From: Paludibacteraceae bacterium
GTDB lineage: Bacteria; Bacteroidota; Bacteroidia; Bacteroidales; Paludibacteraceae
NCBI GenBank assembly: GCA_016302585.1
Contig: JAEDNI010000001.1
Location: 17,412 to 81,411 of the forward strand
Direction of reading: 5' to 3'
DNA length: 64,000 nt
Under the pieces are notes generated by a model, which saw only the letters and a list, made by a program, of their open reading frames with translations, did no database searches and was not told where the DNA came from. Made by a program: the position numbers and the translations under genes. Position 1 is the stretch's first letter. Each line of letters opens with the position of its first letter. Positions 10,701-21,052 of the stretch are shown here, piece after piece.

Positions 10701-11663
10701 ATCCATCATATTACCCATATTGGAGGATATCTGTACCATCAGATCATACTCCTCGGGACTGAGATCATAGAAATAGAAGTTACGCGGGTCGATGGGGCGT
10801 CCCATATAATGCACTTCGTAGTGTAAGTGCGGACCGGTTGATTTACCAGTGTTACCCACTAAGGCAATGACGTCACCACGTTTCACTTTCTGACCTACCT
10901 TCACTTTCCGCTTTGAGCAGTGTGCGTAGCGGGTCGCGTAGTTGAAACCATGGTCTATCTCCACGGTCTCTCCGTAACCTTGACGCCAACCCGAATAAGT
11001 CACTACGCCATCACCCGTAGCAAAGATATCGGTACCAACCGGAGCAGAGAAGTCCATACCTTCGTGGAAACGACGAATATGATAGACCGGGTCTACACGC
11101 CAACCGTAACCGGAAGCCATGCGTTTAAGATCCTTATTGAGCACCGGTTGAATAGCCGGAATATTTTCCATACGCACTTCCTGATTCTTCGCCAATTCCA
11201 ATATCTCATCATACGAACGGGCTTGCACATACAGTTCTTTCTCCAGGATATCCACTTTACGCTGGATATCTGCAGCCAACTGCGTATTGGTCATTCGCGC
11301 TAAGGAGTCATAGTACGACACCTGCTGCGCCGCACCCAGACGTGCACTGAGAGGAATCGGCTCTGCCCCTAACATTGCGCGATAGAGGTTATCATCACGC
11401 TGCGACAGATCGGCCATCACAATCTGCATCTGGTCTACTTGCTTCTCCAGCACCTCCATCTGCGCAGATAAGTTGCGGTTATACTGCATCAACGAGGCCT
11501 CACGGGGTGAGGGAAAGAAATATAAGAAGACGTAGAAGAACAATACGCCTAAACATACACCGCTGATGATATAACCTCCAGACCGACGTAGCCAGTATCG
11601 GAAGCCATGCTCAATACGCTCTAATTGCAGCGTCTCGGGGTTAATACGATAGTGTTTTTTCAT
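10698..11663 (-). CDS. M23 family metallopeptidase
   Basis: HEGMDF ... GNTGKSTGPHLHYEV (HxxxD / HxH LytM motifs). N-terminal TM segment and coiled-coil. Confidence 0.9.
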   Translation of the reverse strand: MKKHYRINPETLQLERIEHGFRYWLRRSGGYIISGVCLGVLFFYVFLYFFPSPREASLMQYNRNLSAQMEVLEKQVDQMQIVMADLSQRDDNLYRAMLGAEPIPLSARLGAAQQVSYYDSLARMTNTQLAADIQRKVDILEKELYVQARSYDEILELAKNQEVRMENIPAIQPVLNKDLKRMASGYGWRVDPVYHIRRFHEGMDFSAPVGTDIFATGDGVVTYSGWRQGYGETVEIDHGFNYATRYAHCSKRKVKVGQKVKRGDVIALVGNTGKSTGPHLHYEVHYMGRPIDPRNFYFYDLSPEEYDLMVQISSNMGNMMD

Positions 11664-13378
11664 CTTTTTCTTTTTTTATCTTTCGATGGGTAACTTTTCT
11701 CCGGTTTATACCAGAAAAAATATTGGTTTTGTTGTTTTTTCTCTTCAGGTGTGCGCGCGACATAAACAGGTTCGCGCGTGTAAGGGTTAATGCCGGTATA
11801 GAACATCGTTGTGGACAAAGTCATCGGTGTCGGCGTGAAGTCCTGCACCTGCTCCGGCTTATAATGCATCCGCTTCGTCTCATCCGCTAAGACTTGCATG
11901 TCATGCTTCGTACACCCCGGAAGGGAGGAGATAAAATATGGAATCAGTTGTTGCTTCAATCCTGCCTCCTCATTGATACGTAGGAACTGATCTCTGAAAC
12001 GCAGATAGTTGGACCATGCGGGTTTGCGCATCACTTTGAGTACGTTATCCGAACAATGTTCTGGTGCCACTTTCAGTCGTCCCGACACATGGCGCGTGAT
12101 GAGTTGGCGAGCATAAGCTTCGTTCATCAGGTCATAGCGGATACCCGAGCCAACGAATGCATGCTTGACATACGGCAGTTTATCCACCGTGCGATAGATA
12201 TCCAGCACCGGCTCAAAATCCTGATTGAGATTCTTGCAAATATTGGGTTGCAGACAACTGGCGCGTGCACACTTCTCACAGATCGACATGTCCTTGCCGT
12301 GCATAGCGTACATATTGGCAGAGGGACCGCCCAAATCCGATATGACACCATGCCAGTCGGGTAACTGACTCAGTTTCTCTATCTGTCGTAAGATAGACGT
12401 TTTGGAGCGGGATACAATTTGTTTGCCTTGGTGCGCCGAGATCGTACAGAATGAACAGCCTCCGAAGCAACCGCGATGCATGCAGACGGACCATTTAATC
12501 ATTTCATACGCCGGGATATGCTTATCCTTATATTTCGGATGCGGGGCATATTGGTACGGGAGATCATAGATGGCATCCAGTTGTTCGGTTGTAATCGGGG
12601 GATAAGACGGATTGACTACCACCCACTGCTTTCCTACCGGCTGCACAAGGGTAGTCTGATGTATCTTATTCGACTCGATCTCCATCAGACGGAAGTTCTC
12701 CGCATGCTTGCGTTTATCGCGCAGCGCCTCTTCGTGCGAAGCCAGCATAATCGCGTCTTCTGGAATCTCCGATTTATCGCTTGTTAAGAATGCTGTCTGA
12801 GGAATATCGTGTATGAAACCTCGATCTACAATCTCCTTCATGGCTTGTTCTCCCATGCCATATACCAGCATATCCGCTCCGCTATCTACGAGGATGGAGG
12901 GCAGCAGTTTATCTTGCCAGTAGTCATAATGGGTGAGACGCCGCATGGAAGCCTCAATACCACCTATTACAATCGGTACATCCGGATATAGCTGTTTAAG
13001 GATCTTACAATACGTTATGGTACAATAATCGGGTCGTGCCCCTGCTTTCCCCTCAGGGGTATAAGCATCATCGGAACGTCTGCGTTTAGCCGCCGTATAA
13101 TGGTTTACCATCGAATCCATAGAGCCGGCAGAGACAGCGAAACAAATACGGGGTCTACCGAATTTTGTAAAGTCTCTAAAGTCCCCATGCCAATCCGGTT
13201 GGGGCACGATAGCTACCCTATAACCAGCTGCTTCCAATACTCTTCCCAACACCGCTGCACCAAAAGACGGATGATCGATATACGCATCACCGGTGAAGAA
13301 GACAATGTCCACTTCATCCCAGCCGCGTAACTCCATCTCCTTGCGGGTGGTAGGTAAGTATTTGAGTAAATCAGCCAT
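11660..13378 (-). CDS. YgiQ family radical SAM protein
   Basis: 572 aa. Cys cluster HRGCFGGCSFCTI and a lysine-rich tail KDKKRKR. Confidence 0.85.
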   Translation of the reverse strand: MADLLKYLPTTRKEMELRGWDEVDIVFFTGDAYIDHPSFGAAVLGRVLEAAGYRVAIVPQPDWHGDFRDFTKFGRPRICFAVSAGSMDSMVNHYTAAKRRRSDDAYTPEGKAGARPDYCTITYCKILKQLYPDVPIVIGGIEASMRRLTHYDYWQDKLLPSILVDSGADMLVYGMGEQAMKEIVDRGFIHDIPQTAFLTSDKSEIPEDAIMLASHEEALRDKRKHAENFRLMEIESNKIHQTTLVQPVGKQWVVVNPSYPPITTEQLDAIYDLPYQYAPHPKYKDKHIPAYEMIKWSVCMHRGCFGGCSFCTISAHQGKQIVSRSKTSILRQIEKLSQLPDWHGVISDLGGPSANMYAMHGKDMSICEKCARASCLQPNICKNLNQDFEPVLDIYRTVDKLPYVKHAFVGSGIRYDLMNEAYARQLITRHVSGRLKVAPEHCSDNVLKVMRKPAWSNYLRFRDQFLRINEEAGLKQQLIPYFISSLPGCTKHDMQVLADETKRMHYKPEQVQDFTPTPMTLSTTMFYTGINPYTREPVYVARTPEEKKQQNQYFFWYKPEKSYPSKDKKRKR

Positions 13379-13409
13379 CGCTTACTATTCGGATCCGGAT
13401 CCTACCCGG

Positions 13410-15137
13410 TTAATCAATCTGTAAATCCAATGTTTCTTTCAGTTGTGCGAGTGCAGGATTTTGTTCTGCCATAAGGGCATATTTTTCTTCCGCTGTAAAC
13501 GCCATCTGCTCTTGATTAAACTCCGCCTGAATCAGTTCTATACTCAGGTGCTCGTTATGCAGTTGAGCACGCAATTGACGAAGTAAATTAGGCAGTGCTT
13601 TGCGCATTTCCGCCAATTGCCATGGGTTGGGCAGGACGATTTGCGCTTGTTGTTCACCAATCAGTTGCGGAGCATAAATCTCCATCAACTCTTTCAGACG
13701 CAATTCCTCTTTATGGGCAGCCGCAAGACCAACCCATGCGTCTCTGAGTTGGTCAGCCGTAAAAGGGCGATTAGACTCCTCCTGTGCAGGAGTCTTAGTC
13801 ATTGGTGATTGGTTATTGGTAGTGGATGATTGGTTTTCTTTTGGAGCCTCTTCTTTCTTCGCGCCGAAAGCCAAACCAATCTTCGGCATCTTAGGGATGC
13901 TTGCTGTTGGAACACTTGGTTGACTAGTGGTACTAAGCTGTTCAGCTGGTTTAGCAGGCTCTGCGGGGTTAACAGGCTTTGCAGGATCAGCCGGTCTGGG
14001 TGCTGTTTTGGCTGTCTGTGGCGCCGATTGAGGCACATTTTGTACTACACCGAGTTGGCATAGTTTGATGAGCGCCAGTTCCACCGTTAGGCGTTTATTA
14101 CGCGCTGTGCGATAATTGATATCACAGGTGTTGAGGATATCAAGGGCCTGGAAGATCCAGATAGGGTGACAACGCTTTGCCTGCTCCCCATAGCGCGCAC
14201 GAATAGAGTCTCCTATCTCTAATAACGGGAGAGTTTGCGGGTCTTTGCTGACCAGCACATCACGTAGGTGTTGCGCAAAACCAATCACAAAATGTCCGGC
14301 ATCGAAACCGTTATTGAGTACATCGTTGAAGAGCAACAGCGTGCCCGCCACATCATGCGCCAGCGCTTTATCTACCAGCGAGAAGTAATAGTCGGCATTG
14401 AGTACATTCAGTACGGCTATTGTCTGTTCGTAGGTGATGGTGTTTCCGCAGAAAGCCACTAACTGATCGAAGATAGAGAGTGCGTCGCGCATACCGCCAT
14501 CGGCTTTCTGCGCCACTACGTTCAGCGCCTCTTCACTCACCGCGATACCTTCATTCGCAGCTACTTTCTGCAGGTAGGCGATGGTATCGGGTACGGTGAT
14601 GCGATTGAAATCGTACACTTGACAGCGACTGAGGATAGTAGGCAACACCTTATGTTTCTCAGTGGTAGCGAGAATAAAGATGGCATACGAAGGGGGTTCC
14701 TCCAGCGTCTTCAGCAGTGCGTTGAATGCACCGGCAGAAAGCATATGCACCTCGTCGATGATATAAACAGAGTACTTACCAATCTGCGGCGGGATACGCA
14801 CTTGATCAATGAGCGAACGGATGTCCTCTACCGAGTTGTTAGACGCCGCATCGAGTTCGTGGATGTTAAACGAACGCTGTTCATTAAAGGCCTTGCAACT
14901 CTCGCACTCGTTACATGCATCAAAGCCGTTTTGCGGATTGAGACAGTTGATGGTCTTGGCGAAGATACGGGCGCAGGTGGTCTTACCTACTCCACGCGGA
15001 CCGCAAAACAGGTATGCATGTGCCAGGTGATTTTGGCGAATCGCATTCTGCAGCGTCTGTGTAAGCGCTTGCTGACCCACCACGGACTCAAAGGTCTGCG
15101 GCCTGTACTTTCGCGCTGATACTACATAATTTTCCAT
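13410..15137 (-). CDS. dnaX: DNA polymerase III subunit gamma/tau
   Basis: MENYVVSARKYRPQTFESVVGQ, Walker A GPRGVGKTT, Zn module CNECESC, and a Pro/Ala-rich linker. Confidence 0.95.
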   Translation of the reverse strand: MENYVVSARKYRPQTFESVVGQQALTQTLQNAIRQNHLAHAYLFCGPRGVGKTTCARIFAKTINCLNPQNGFDACNECESCKAFNEQRSFNIHELDAASNNSVEDIRSLIDQVRIPPQIGKYSVYIIDEVHMLSAGAFNALLKTLEEPPSYAIFILATTEKHKVLPTILSRCQVYDFNRITVPDTIAYLQKVAANEGIAVSEEALNVVAQKADGGMRDALSIFDQLVAFCGNTITYEQTIAVLNVLNADYYFSLVDKALAHDVAGTLLLFNDVLNNGFDAGHFVIGFAQHLRDVLVSKDPQTLPLLEIGDSIRARYGEQAKRCHPIWIFQALDILNTCDINYRTARNKRLTVELALIKLCQLGVVQNVPQSAPQTAKTAPRPADPAKPVNPAEPAKPAEQLSTTSQPSVPTASIPKMPKIGLAFGAKKEEAPKENQSSTTNNQSPMTKTPAQEESNRPFTADQLRDAWVGLAAAHKEELRLKELMEIYAPQLIGEQQAQIVLPNPWQLAEMRKALPNLLRQLRAQLHNEHLSIELIQAEFNQEQMAFTAEEKYALMAEQNPALAQLKETLDLQID

Positions 15138-15699
15138 ATGCTATGCTGTATATATATTTCTCTTTTTCAAAGGTCTCGATGTTCGATTCTCGATTATCGA
15201 TTACTGTTTGCAATTGTTCAAACGATTGTATTCCTACTCCCTGTGCTTTGACGATGGCCTCTTTCAGGGTCCATAACCGCGTAAATTCCCTATCGCTTTC
15301 GATTTTTGATTTTTGATTTTTGATTTTTGATTGCTCAAATTTATTCATCGTTCGCGCGAGCAAGTCGTCGTCGGCATGGCGGATCGCTTCTATGTCAATT
15401 CCTATCGGATGCTCATCTATGGCTACGGCGATACCGTGTTTGCAATGACTGATACTGAAATATGGTCCGTTCGGCCAAAAAGGTTTTCCGTACTCGTTAT
15501 AGCACCAATCCTCTAACCCAAAACCCTTATTCTGCAAGCTCTCCGCGAGCATCATCCACGATTTGAGGCAACAGAACTGACCGAAGATATGCTTATAACG
15601 CAAGGCCTGTTCTCGCCGTTGAGTATTGACGAGCGGTAACAGCCTTTGCACCTCTTCGTCTGTACACTCCTCCATCCTATCAAATATCGCGATGTGCAT
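15088..15699 (-). CDS. 4'-phosphopantetheinyl transferase (Sfp-type)
   Basis: GIDIEAIR and WTLKEAIVKAQG motifs. It overlaps the dnaX start by 50 nt and the RND end by 20 nt, and it contains two heptamer arrays. Confidence 0.8.
   Translation of the reverse strand: MHIAIFDRMEECTDEEVQRLLPLVNTQRREQALRYKHIFGQFCCLKSWMMLAESLQNKGFGLEDWCYNEYGKPFWPNGPYFSISHCKHGIAVAIDEHPIGIDIEAIRHADDDLLARTMNKFEQSKIKNQKSKIESDREFTRLWTLKEAIVKAQGVGIQSFEQLQTVIDNRESNIETFEKEKYIYSIAYGKLCSISAKVQAADL
15175..15202. repeat. Heptamer array TCGATNN x4 inside the PPTase CDS
   Basis: tcgatgt tcgattc tcgatta tcgatta. Confidence 0.85.
15301..15332. repeat. Perfect heptamer array GATTTTT x4.5 inside the PPTase CDS
   Basis: gatttttgatttttgatttttgatttttgatt. 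It encodes KIKNQKSKI. Confidence 0.95.
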
Positions 15700-18600
15700 A
15701 AACTTTCCAATAGACGACAGGAAGGATGGTAACAGTCAGCGGCAGGGTGAAGATCGTCCCGAAACAAATCACCACACCCATCGGCATCCAAAGACTCGTA
15801 GCCGCAATAATCATTGGCAACACACCAAGGGCTGTAGTAGCACTGGTGAGGAAGACCGGTCGCATACGTCGTTGACCAGCATAGAAAGCGGCTTCACGAT
15901 AAGTGAGATGTTTGGATTTTCGGCAGTCCTCAGCGTATTCGTACATCATGATGGCATTTCGGACGATAATACCGATCAGACTGACAATACCTAACACAGC
16001 TGTGATGGATATATCGAGTTGGAATATCCACAAACCTAACATCGCGCCGAAGACGCAGAGTACGGAACTGGAAAGGGCCAGCAGCGCCAAACCGATCTTA
16101 CCAAAGTGATACAGCAGTAAGATCAACATCACAGCCAGTGCAGCCACAATAGACCAGAAGATCTGTGGGAGTATCATATCATTGATCTCCGTTAAGCCGC
16201 CGTAAGTGATGCTTACCCCTTCGGGCAAATCCGTAACATGCTTATCCACCCATTCGCGCACTTTCTTTTCGGCAGATACCTGACTGGTCGAGCCGCATAG
16301 GTCGGAACCCACCGTGATAGTTCGTACGGCATTTCGACGTTCGAGATGGGTATGATGCCAAGTGGGTTCGATAGAGGCTACCTGCCGCAGCGGCACCCAA
16401 ATCCCGGGAATTGCTGTAGGTACCTGAATTGCACCTAACTCATCTGTGTTCATCTCGCTCACACCGGCCGTATAGAGTACAACAGGTACACTGTAAGAAC
16501 CTTCGTACAAGGTTGTGATGGTGGCGCCTTGCGTAGCCTGACGCAGATATAGGGATAGAACAGTCTGGGTGATACCTAAACGTGTCGCCTCGTCGGGTTT
16601 GAGCACGATACGCGTTGAAGGTGCCATGTTACTATAATCGGAATGTACCCATTGCAGTTCGGGTTGCTCCATCATGAAGCGGAAGATACTATCGGCAATA
16701 GGGGCCATCTTCTCCCAGTCGTCGCCTTGTACACGCACCTCCAGCGGGTTTCTTACAGACTGATAGTCCAGTTGTTTGAAACGCGCATAAGCGTTCGGGA
16801 AATAATTCTCATAGCGACGGCTGTACTCTTTGAGGACCTGTCCGGTAGCATGGCTGGACTTCGTGTTCACAATGAGCTGTGCGTAGTTGGTAGCCGGTGT
16901 CTGCGGCGTATAAGTTGCATGGAAACGCGGGGAAGACTGACCAATGAAGGACGTCACACTCGTCACACGCTGATCGGCACGCAGGATGGTCGCTAAACTA
17001 TCCGCTACTGCTGCACTCTCTTCGAGTGGTGCTCCGTCGCGTAAATGAATCTCTACGGCAAAGAACTCCCGTTCTGCTTTCGGCAGCAGTTGCAGGTTCA
17101 GGCGTGTAAGCAGGAAGATACCGATACCTAAGGCACCGCCTAACATACACAAAACAATAATCGGTTTGTCGAAACAACGCTGCAGCAGTTTCTTATAACT
17201 ATCCTGCAACCAGGTGAAGAACTTATTCTGGATTCGTTCGAAGCGATTCAGTTCCTCTTCCTTGCGTTCGCGAATGAAGCGGAAGGAAAGATATGGTGTC
17301 ACCCAAGTCGCATAGAAGATACTGGCAACTAAAGCAAAGAGGACGGCCCATGGGAAGAGTTGTACGAACTCCCCTAATGGACCTGTGATGATACGCGTCA
17401 TGGGGAAGAACATACCGCATATCGCCATGGTAGCCAAGGACATTGGGACAAACAGCATACTCGTGCTAACCACAGCGGAGTACCACCGCGAGTGTCGACG
17501 AGCTAATTGGTTCGTATAGCCGTCAATGACAATGACGCTATCGTCCACGATCATTCCCAAAACGAAGATTAGGGCTGCCAGCGTGACGGTATTCAACTCG
17601 ATACCCGTGACAAACATCAGTCCGATACAGATTGCAGTGCAGACAGGTAGACCTGTCGCCGCTATGAGGGCCGTACGTAACGGGAAGAACATCAGCATGA
17701 CGGCTATCACCACGAGGATAGAGATGATGATGTCTCGTAAGAACGATACGACGGAGTCGTTTACTACCTTCGGCTGGTCTGTGATACGATGGAACCGTAT
17801 ATCGGGCGGCAGCATGGCAGCGGCTTGAGCCAGTTGTTTATCTACTTCTTGGCCAAAGGCCACGATGTTATTCCCGGGCACCATTTCCATGTTCAGGATC
17901 AGACAGGGTGCTCCGTCAAACTCGACGTACTGTTTGGGCTTCTGATAGCGCCGTTCGATCGTCGCAATGTCTTTGAGGCGTATGGTAGCACCGGTAGCAG
18001 GATCGGACCAGACGATCTGTTCCTGCAGTTCGTATTCCGACTGATAGGGGATCACCACTTGCAGCGCACCGCTAGCATCGTTGTCGCCACCTATGGTGCG
18101 CAGCCCCTGCAGGGCTACTTGTGCTTCGAGAACAGACGGACTGATGCCGTAGGCCGATAGACGTTCCGGATTGATGGTGATGGCTATCTCTTCTGTCTGC
18201 TGACCCATGATGCACAGTTTACCCATCTCGGGGATAGTGCGTAGAGTCGAACAGATTTGCTTGGCGTACTGCTCCAGTTCACGGGGACTGCGTTCCGCAC
18301 TCTCCACCGCAATAAGCAGAGAGGACGTGTTCCCGAAATCATCAATGAGTAAGGTCTGGAGAACACCTTGCGGCAGTTGAGTCTTCTGCAGCAGTGGTAG
18401 GCCGGCACGAATCTTATTCCATGCCTTATCGCCATCTACGCCGTGCATGCGTAGCATGACATAGACGTAGGAAAAACCGTCCTCACTATTACTATACGTA
18501 AGGGACTTATCGACTGCTTCGAAGGAATTGATATAATCCTCGAGGGGTATGGTCACCTGCTGCTCCACCTCACTGGCGGTAGCACCCGGATAGAGAGCTA

Positions 18601-18751
18601 CTACTAAAGCTTGACGGAGGGTGAACTGCGGGAACTCATCTTTGTTCATCTTCGGCAACGAATAGATACCGAAGGTCATAAGGATGAGGAACAGCGCGAT
18701 CACCAGACCGTGCCTCCGCATCGCTATTTCTATGTGTTTACTTGTTTTCAC
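15680..18751 (-). CDS. Efflux RND transporter permease subunit (AcrB/HAE family)
   Basis: 1023 aa with a 12-TM-like hydrophobic pattern and two large periplasmic loops. It follows an adaptor gene. Confidence 0.9.
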   Translation of the reverse strand: MKTSKHIEIAMRRHGLVIALFLILMTFGIYSLPKMNKDEFPQFTLRQALVVALYPGATASEVEQQVTIPLEDYINSFEAVDKSLTYSNSEDGFSYVYVMLRMHGVDGDKAWNKIRAGLPLLQKTQLPQGVLQTLLIDDFGNTSSLLIAVESAERSPRELEQYAKQICSTLRTIPEMGKLCIMGQQTEEIAITINPERLSAYGISPSVLEAQVALQGLRTIGGDNDASGALQVVIPYQSEYELQEQIVWSDPATGATIRLKDIATIERRYQKPKQYVEFDGAPCLILNMEMVPGNNIVAFGQEVDKQLAQAAAMLPPDIRFHRITDQPKVVNDSVVSFLRDIIISILVVIAVMLMFFPLRTALIAATGLPVCTAICIGLMFVTGIELNTVTLAALIFVLGMIVDDSVIVIDGYTNQLARRHSRWYSAVVSTSMLFVPMSLATMAICGMFFPMTRIITGPLGEFVQLFPWAVLFALVASIFYATWVTPYLSFRFIRERKEEELNRFERIQNKFFTWLQDSYKKLLQRCFDKPIIVLCMLGGALGIGIFLLTRLNLQLLPKAEREFFAVEIHLRDGAPLEESAAVADSLATILRADQRVTSVTSFIGQSSPRFHATYTPQTPATNYAQLIVNTKSSHATGQVLKEYSRRYENYFPNAYARFKQLDYQSVRNPLEVRVQGDDWEKMAPIADSIFRFMMEQPELQWVHSDYSNMAPSTRIVLKPDEATRLGITQTVLSLYLRQATQGATITTLYEGSYSVPVVLYTAGVSEMNTDELGAIQVPTAIPGIWVPLRQVASIEPTWHHTHLERRNAVRTITVGSDLCGSTSQVSAEKKVREWVDKHVTDLPEGVSITYGGLTEINDMILPQIFWSIVAALAVMLILLLYHFGKIGLALLALSSSVLCVFGAMLGLWIFQLDISITAVLGIVSLIGIIVRNAIMMYEYAEDCRKSKHLTYREAAFYAGQRRMRPVFLTSATTALGVLPMIIAATSLWMPMGVVICFGTIFTLPLTVTILPVVYWKVYAHRDI

Positions 18752-19745
18752 TTACTTTACAACCTTCGTAAAGTTTCTGATATCCTTCCGTGATGACCAC
18801 ATCACCGGGTTCCAATCCATTAAGCACGCGTACACCGTCTGCTTCGTAACCTCCTACAGTGATCAGACGTCTCGTGGCCTGGTCGTCTTGTTTGATCCAT
18901 ACGGTAGCACCTTCGGGTTTGAGAAGGATGCACTTCGCCGGCACGACGATGGCTTCGCTGCGCAGTACAGGCAGACATACGATACCTACCATACCTGTTC
19001 GCAGGATGTCTTTACCGCCTTCTACACGAGCTAGTGCTTCGTAAGTATGCGTGAGAGGATTAGCCGTCACACTCTTCGAACTCAAGCGAACAGGGAAATT
19101 CCGGTTGACGGCCGCACACTCCATCTCGCCCTTTTCGGATAGGTCACCCACTTCGGCCTCAGGTACGGTGAAACGAACGGTGAAAGCAGAGATATCCAAT
19201 ATCGAACAGAGTTTGGTACCCGGGATTATCGACTGCCCAACCGATACGTTCAGCCCACTCAACACACCATCGCAGGGTGCGGAAAGGGTGCACTCCTGCA
19301 GATGTTCTTTGGCTGCCGCATAGAGGGCTTTGGCTTGGGTGTACTGACTCTCAATCTCCACGAGTTTTTGGTCGGAAACCACCCCTTTGTCATGCACTTT
19401 GCTTACACGATTATACCCATCCTCCGCTTGACGGAAGGTTGCCTCAGCCGACTGAAGGGTATTCAGCGCTTGGGTGTTATCGACGCTCAGAATCGTCTGA
19501 CCTTTAAACACTTGTTGACCGTTCTTCGCCTCTACGGACACTACTCTACCTGCCGTCTGCATACTCAGAGGCGTCTCTTGGGCGGGTTCAACTACTCCGA
19601 CATAACGCGCTACAGCATTATTGGTCTGTTGCGCGATGATGACGGTACGAACAGGAATCGCAGCACGCTCAACATGCTTGCTTTCAGTCTTGCTGCACGC
19701 CATCAGGGCAAGAGATAAGAGAATTATATACGTAATTTTTCCCAT
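18738..19745 (-). CDS. Efflux RND transporter periplasmic adaptor subunit
   Basis: An internal ATG at 19745 gives the lipobox MGKITYIILLSLALMACS. The upstream 73 codons of the ORF overlap the MATE gene and look non-coding. Confidence 0.8.
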   Translation of the reverse strand: MGKITYIILLSLALMACSKTESKHVERAAIPVRTVIIAQQTNNAVARYVGVVEPAQETPLSMQTAGRVVSVEAKNGQQVFKGQTILSVDNTQALNTLQSAEATFRQAEDGYNRVSKVHDKGVVSDQKLVEIESQYTQAKALYAAAKEHLQECTLSAPCDGVLSGLNVSVGQSIIPGTKLCSILDISAFTVRFTVPEAEVGDLSEKGEMECAAVNRNFPVRLSSKSVTANPLTHTYEALARVEGGKDILRTGMVGIVCLPVLRSEAIVVPAKCILLKPEGATVWIKQDDQATRRLITVGGYEADGVRVLNGLEPGDVVITEGYQKLYEGCKVSENK

Positions 19746-21052
19746 TTTACAGATAAATATATAACTCGTGCAATTAAATGTGCAAAGTAAGCGATATAAA
19801 GGGCTTGTACGCCTACCCATCGATAGGTAGCTACATACAGCAGCACAAATCCGACAGCCGCCCATATCATTGCATTTCGTATCGGAACTCCTGCGGTGGC
19901 ACCTACATAGATACCATCCCACATAAACGCCAGTGCACTGACGATAGGCATGGCAATCAACCATCCCATGTACTTCTTCGCAGCAGCTAACACAGTCGCA
20001 TCATTGGTCATCAAGGCGATACAGTCTTGACCCCATACGGCATAGATCACCGTGAATACCAAGCCCACACCGATGGCCCAATAGAACAGTGCCCGGACAA
20101 CACTCTCGACTTTTATCGGAGTGCTCGTTAGCACCTTTGGGTTCTCGACTTTCGACTCTCCTATGGCTTTACCAACAAGCGCTTCTCCAGCATAAGCGAA
20201 TCCGTCCACGAAATAGGAGAAGAACATAAAGAGCTTCATAATGATACTGCTGACAGCCAGTTCTGTATCGCCATATCGGCTGGCCATGGACGTGAAGCCC
20301 ACATAGACCACCATGAAACAGAGCGAACGAATAAACAGGTTGCCGTTCAGCGCCATCATATGTCTCAGTTCCGACCATCGCAGTACCTCTTTCCAATGAC
20401 CCGTAACTCGTAACCTATAACCTATAACCACTATTAGGGCTGCAAGGATTAAACCAGAGTACTGCGCGATCAGAGTTCCCCATGCCACACCCACTACGCC
20501 CAGCGGCGTATAGACAGCCAAACAATAACTGGCTGCCATGTTAATGACGTTTACCACGATATCCACCGCCATCGCACTCTTCGCATCCTGCATGCCGATG
20601 AACCAACCCTTTACAGCCATCAGACTCAAAGTAGCCGGAGCAGCCCAAATACGAACGAAGAAATACGAACGTGCGACTTCAGCCACTTCCGGTGAACAGG
20701 GTACGATAGCCAGAACAGCAGTGACGAAGAACCACTGGATTGCCCATACGAAGAGTGCTCCTATAAGAGCAATACTCACGCTCTGGCTTAGTATCTTCCC
20801 GCATTCATCATTTTCTTCCGTACCCCTTCCGAACGCTTGAGCCGTAAGGCCACTGGTACTGATGCGGAGAAAACCGAAGTTCCAATACAATAAATCAAAG
20901 AGCATAGTGCCGATGGCTATTCCGCCTATCGCAGCGGCGTCACTCAGATGCCCGACGATTGCTGTATCTACGATTCCCACCAAGGGAATGGTGAAGTTCG
21001 CCAAGATACTCGGCACAGCAAGTTTTAATATGTCCCTATTTACAAGAAGCAC
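19724..21052 (-). CDS. MATE family efflux transporter
   Basis: 442 aa and 12 TM-like segments. N-terminus is ILKLAVPSILANFTIPLVGIVDTAIVGHL. Confidence 0.85.
   Translation of the reverse strand: MLLVNRDILKLAVPSILANFTIPLVGIVDTAIVGHLSDAAAIGGIAIGTMLFDLLYWNFGFLRISTSGLTAQAFGRGTEENDECGKILSQSVSIALIGALFVWAIQWFFVTAVLAIVPCSPEVAEVARSYFFVRIWAAPATLSLMAVKGWFIGMQDAKSAMAVDIVVNVINMAASYCLAVYTPLGVVGVAWGTLIAQYSGLILAALIVVIGYRLRVTGHWKEVLRWSELRHMMALNGNLFIRSLCFMVVYVGFTSMASRYGDTELAVSSIIMKLFMFFSYFVDGFAYAGEALVGKAIGESKVENPKVLTSTPIKVESVVRALFYWAIGVGLVFTVIYAVWGQDCIALMTNDATVLAAAKKYMGWLIAMPIVSALAFMWDGIYVGATAGVPIRNAMIWAAVGFVLLYVATYRWVGVQALYIAYFAHLIARVIYLSVKWEKLRI
20403..20430. repeat. Heptamer array (G/A)TAACCN x4 inside the MATE CDS
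   Basis: gtaactc gtaacct ataacct ataacca. It encodes IGYRLRVTG in the central loop. Confidence 0.8.

Noticed and set aside
13391-13402. GGATCCGGATCC duplicated palindrome between dnaX and ygiQ
   Set aside because: It is only 12 bp in a 31-bp spacer. It has no flanking T-run or partner site, so it is probably chance.
13410-15137. Programmed -1 frameshift site in dnaX (gamma/tau)
   Set aside because: By eye I saw no A AAA AAG-type slippery heptamer with a downstream hairpin in the linker region. I cannot exclude one without a systematic scan.
19746-19964. 73-codon N-terminal extension of the RND adaptor ORF
   Set aside because: It is Cys/Arg-rich nonsense overlapping the MATE gene 3' end. 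The lipoprotein signal begins at the internal ATG at 19745.
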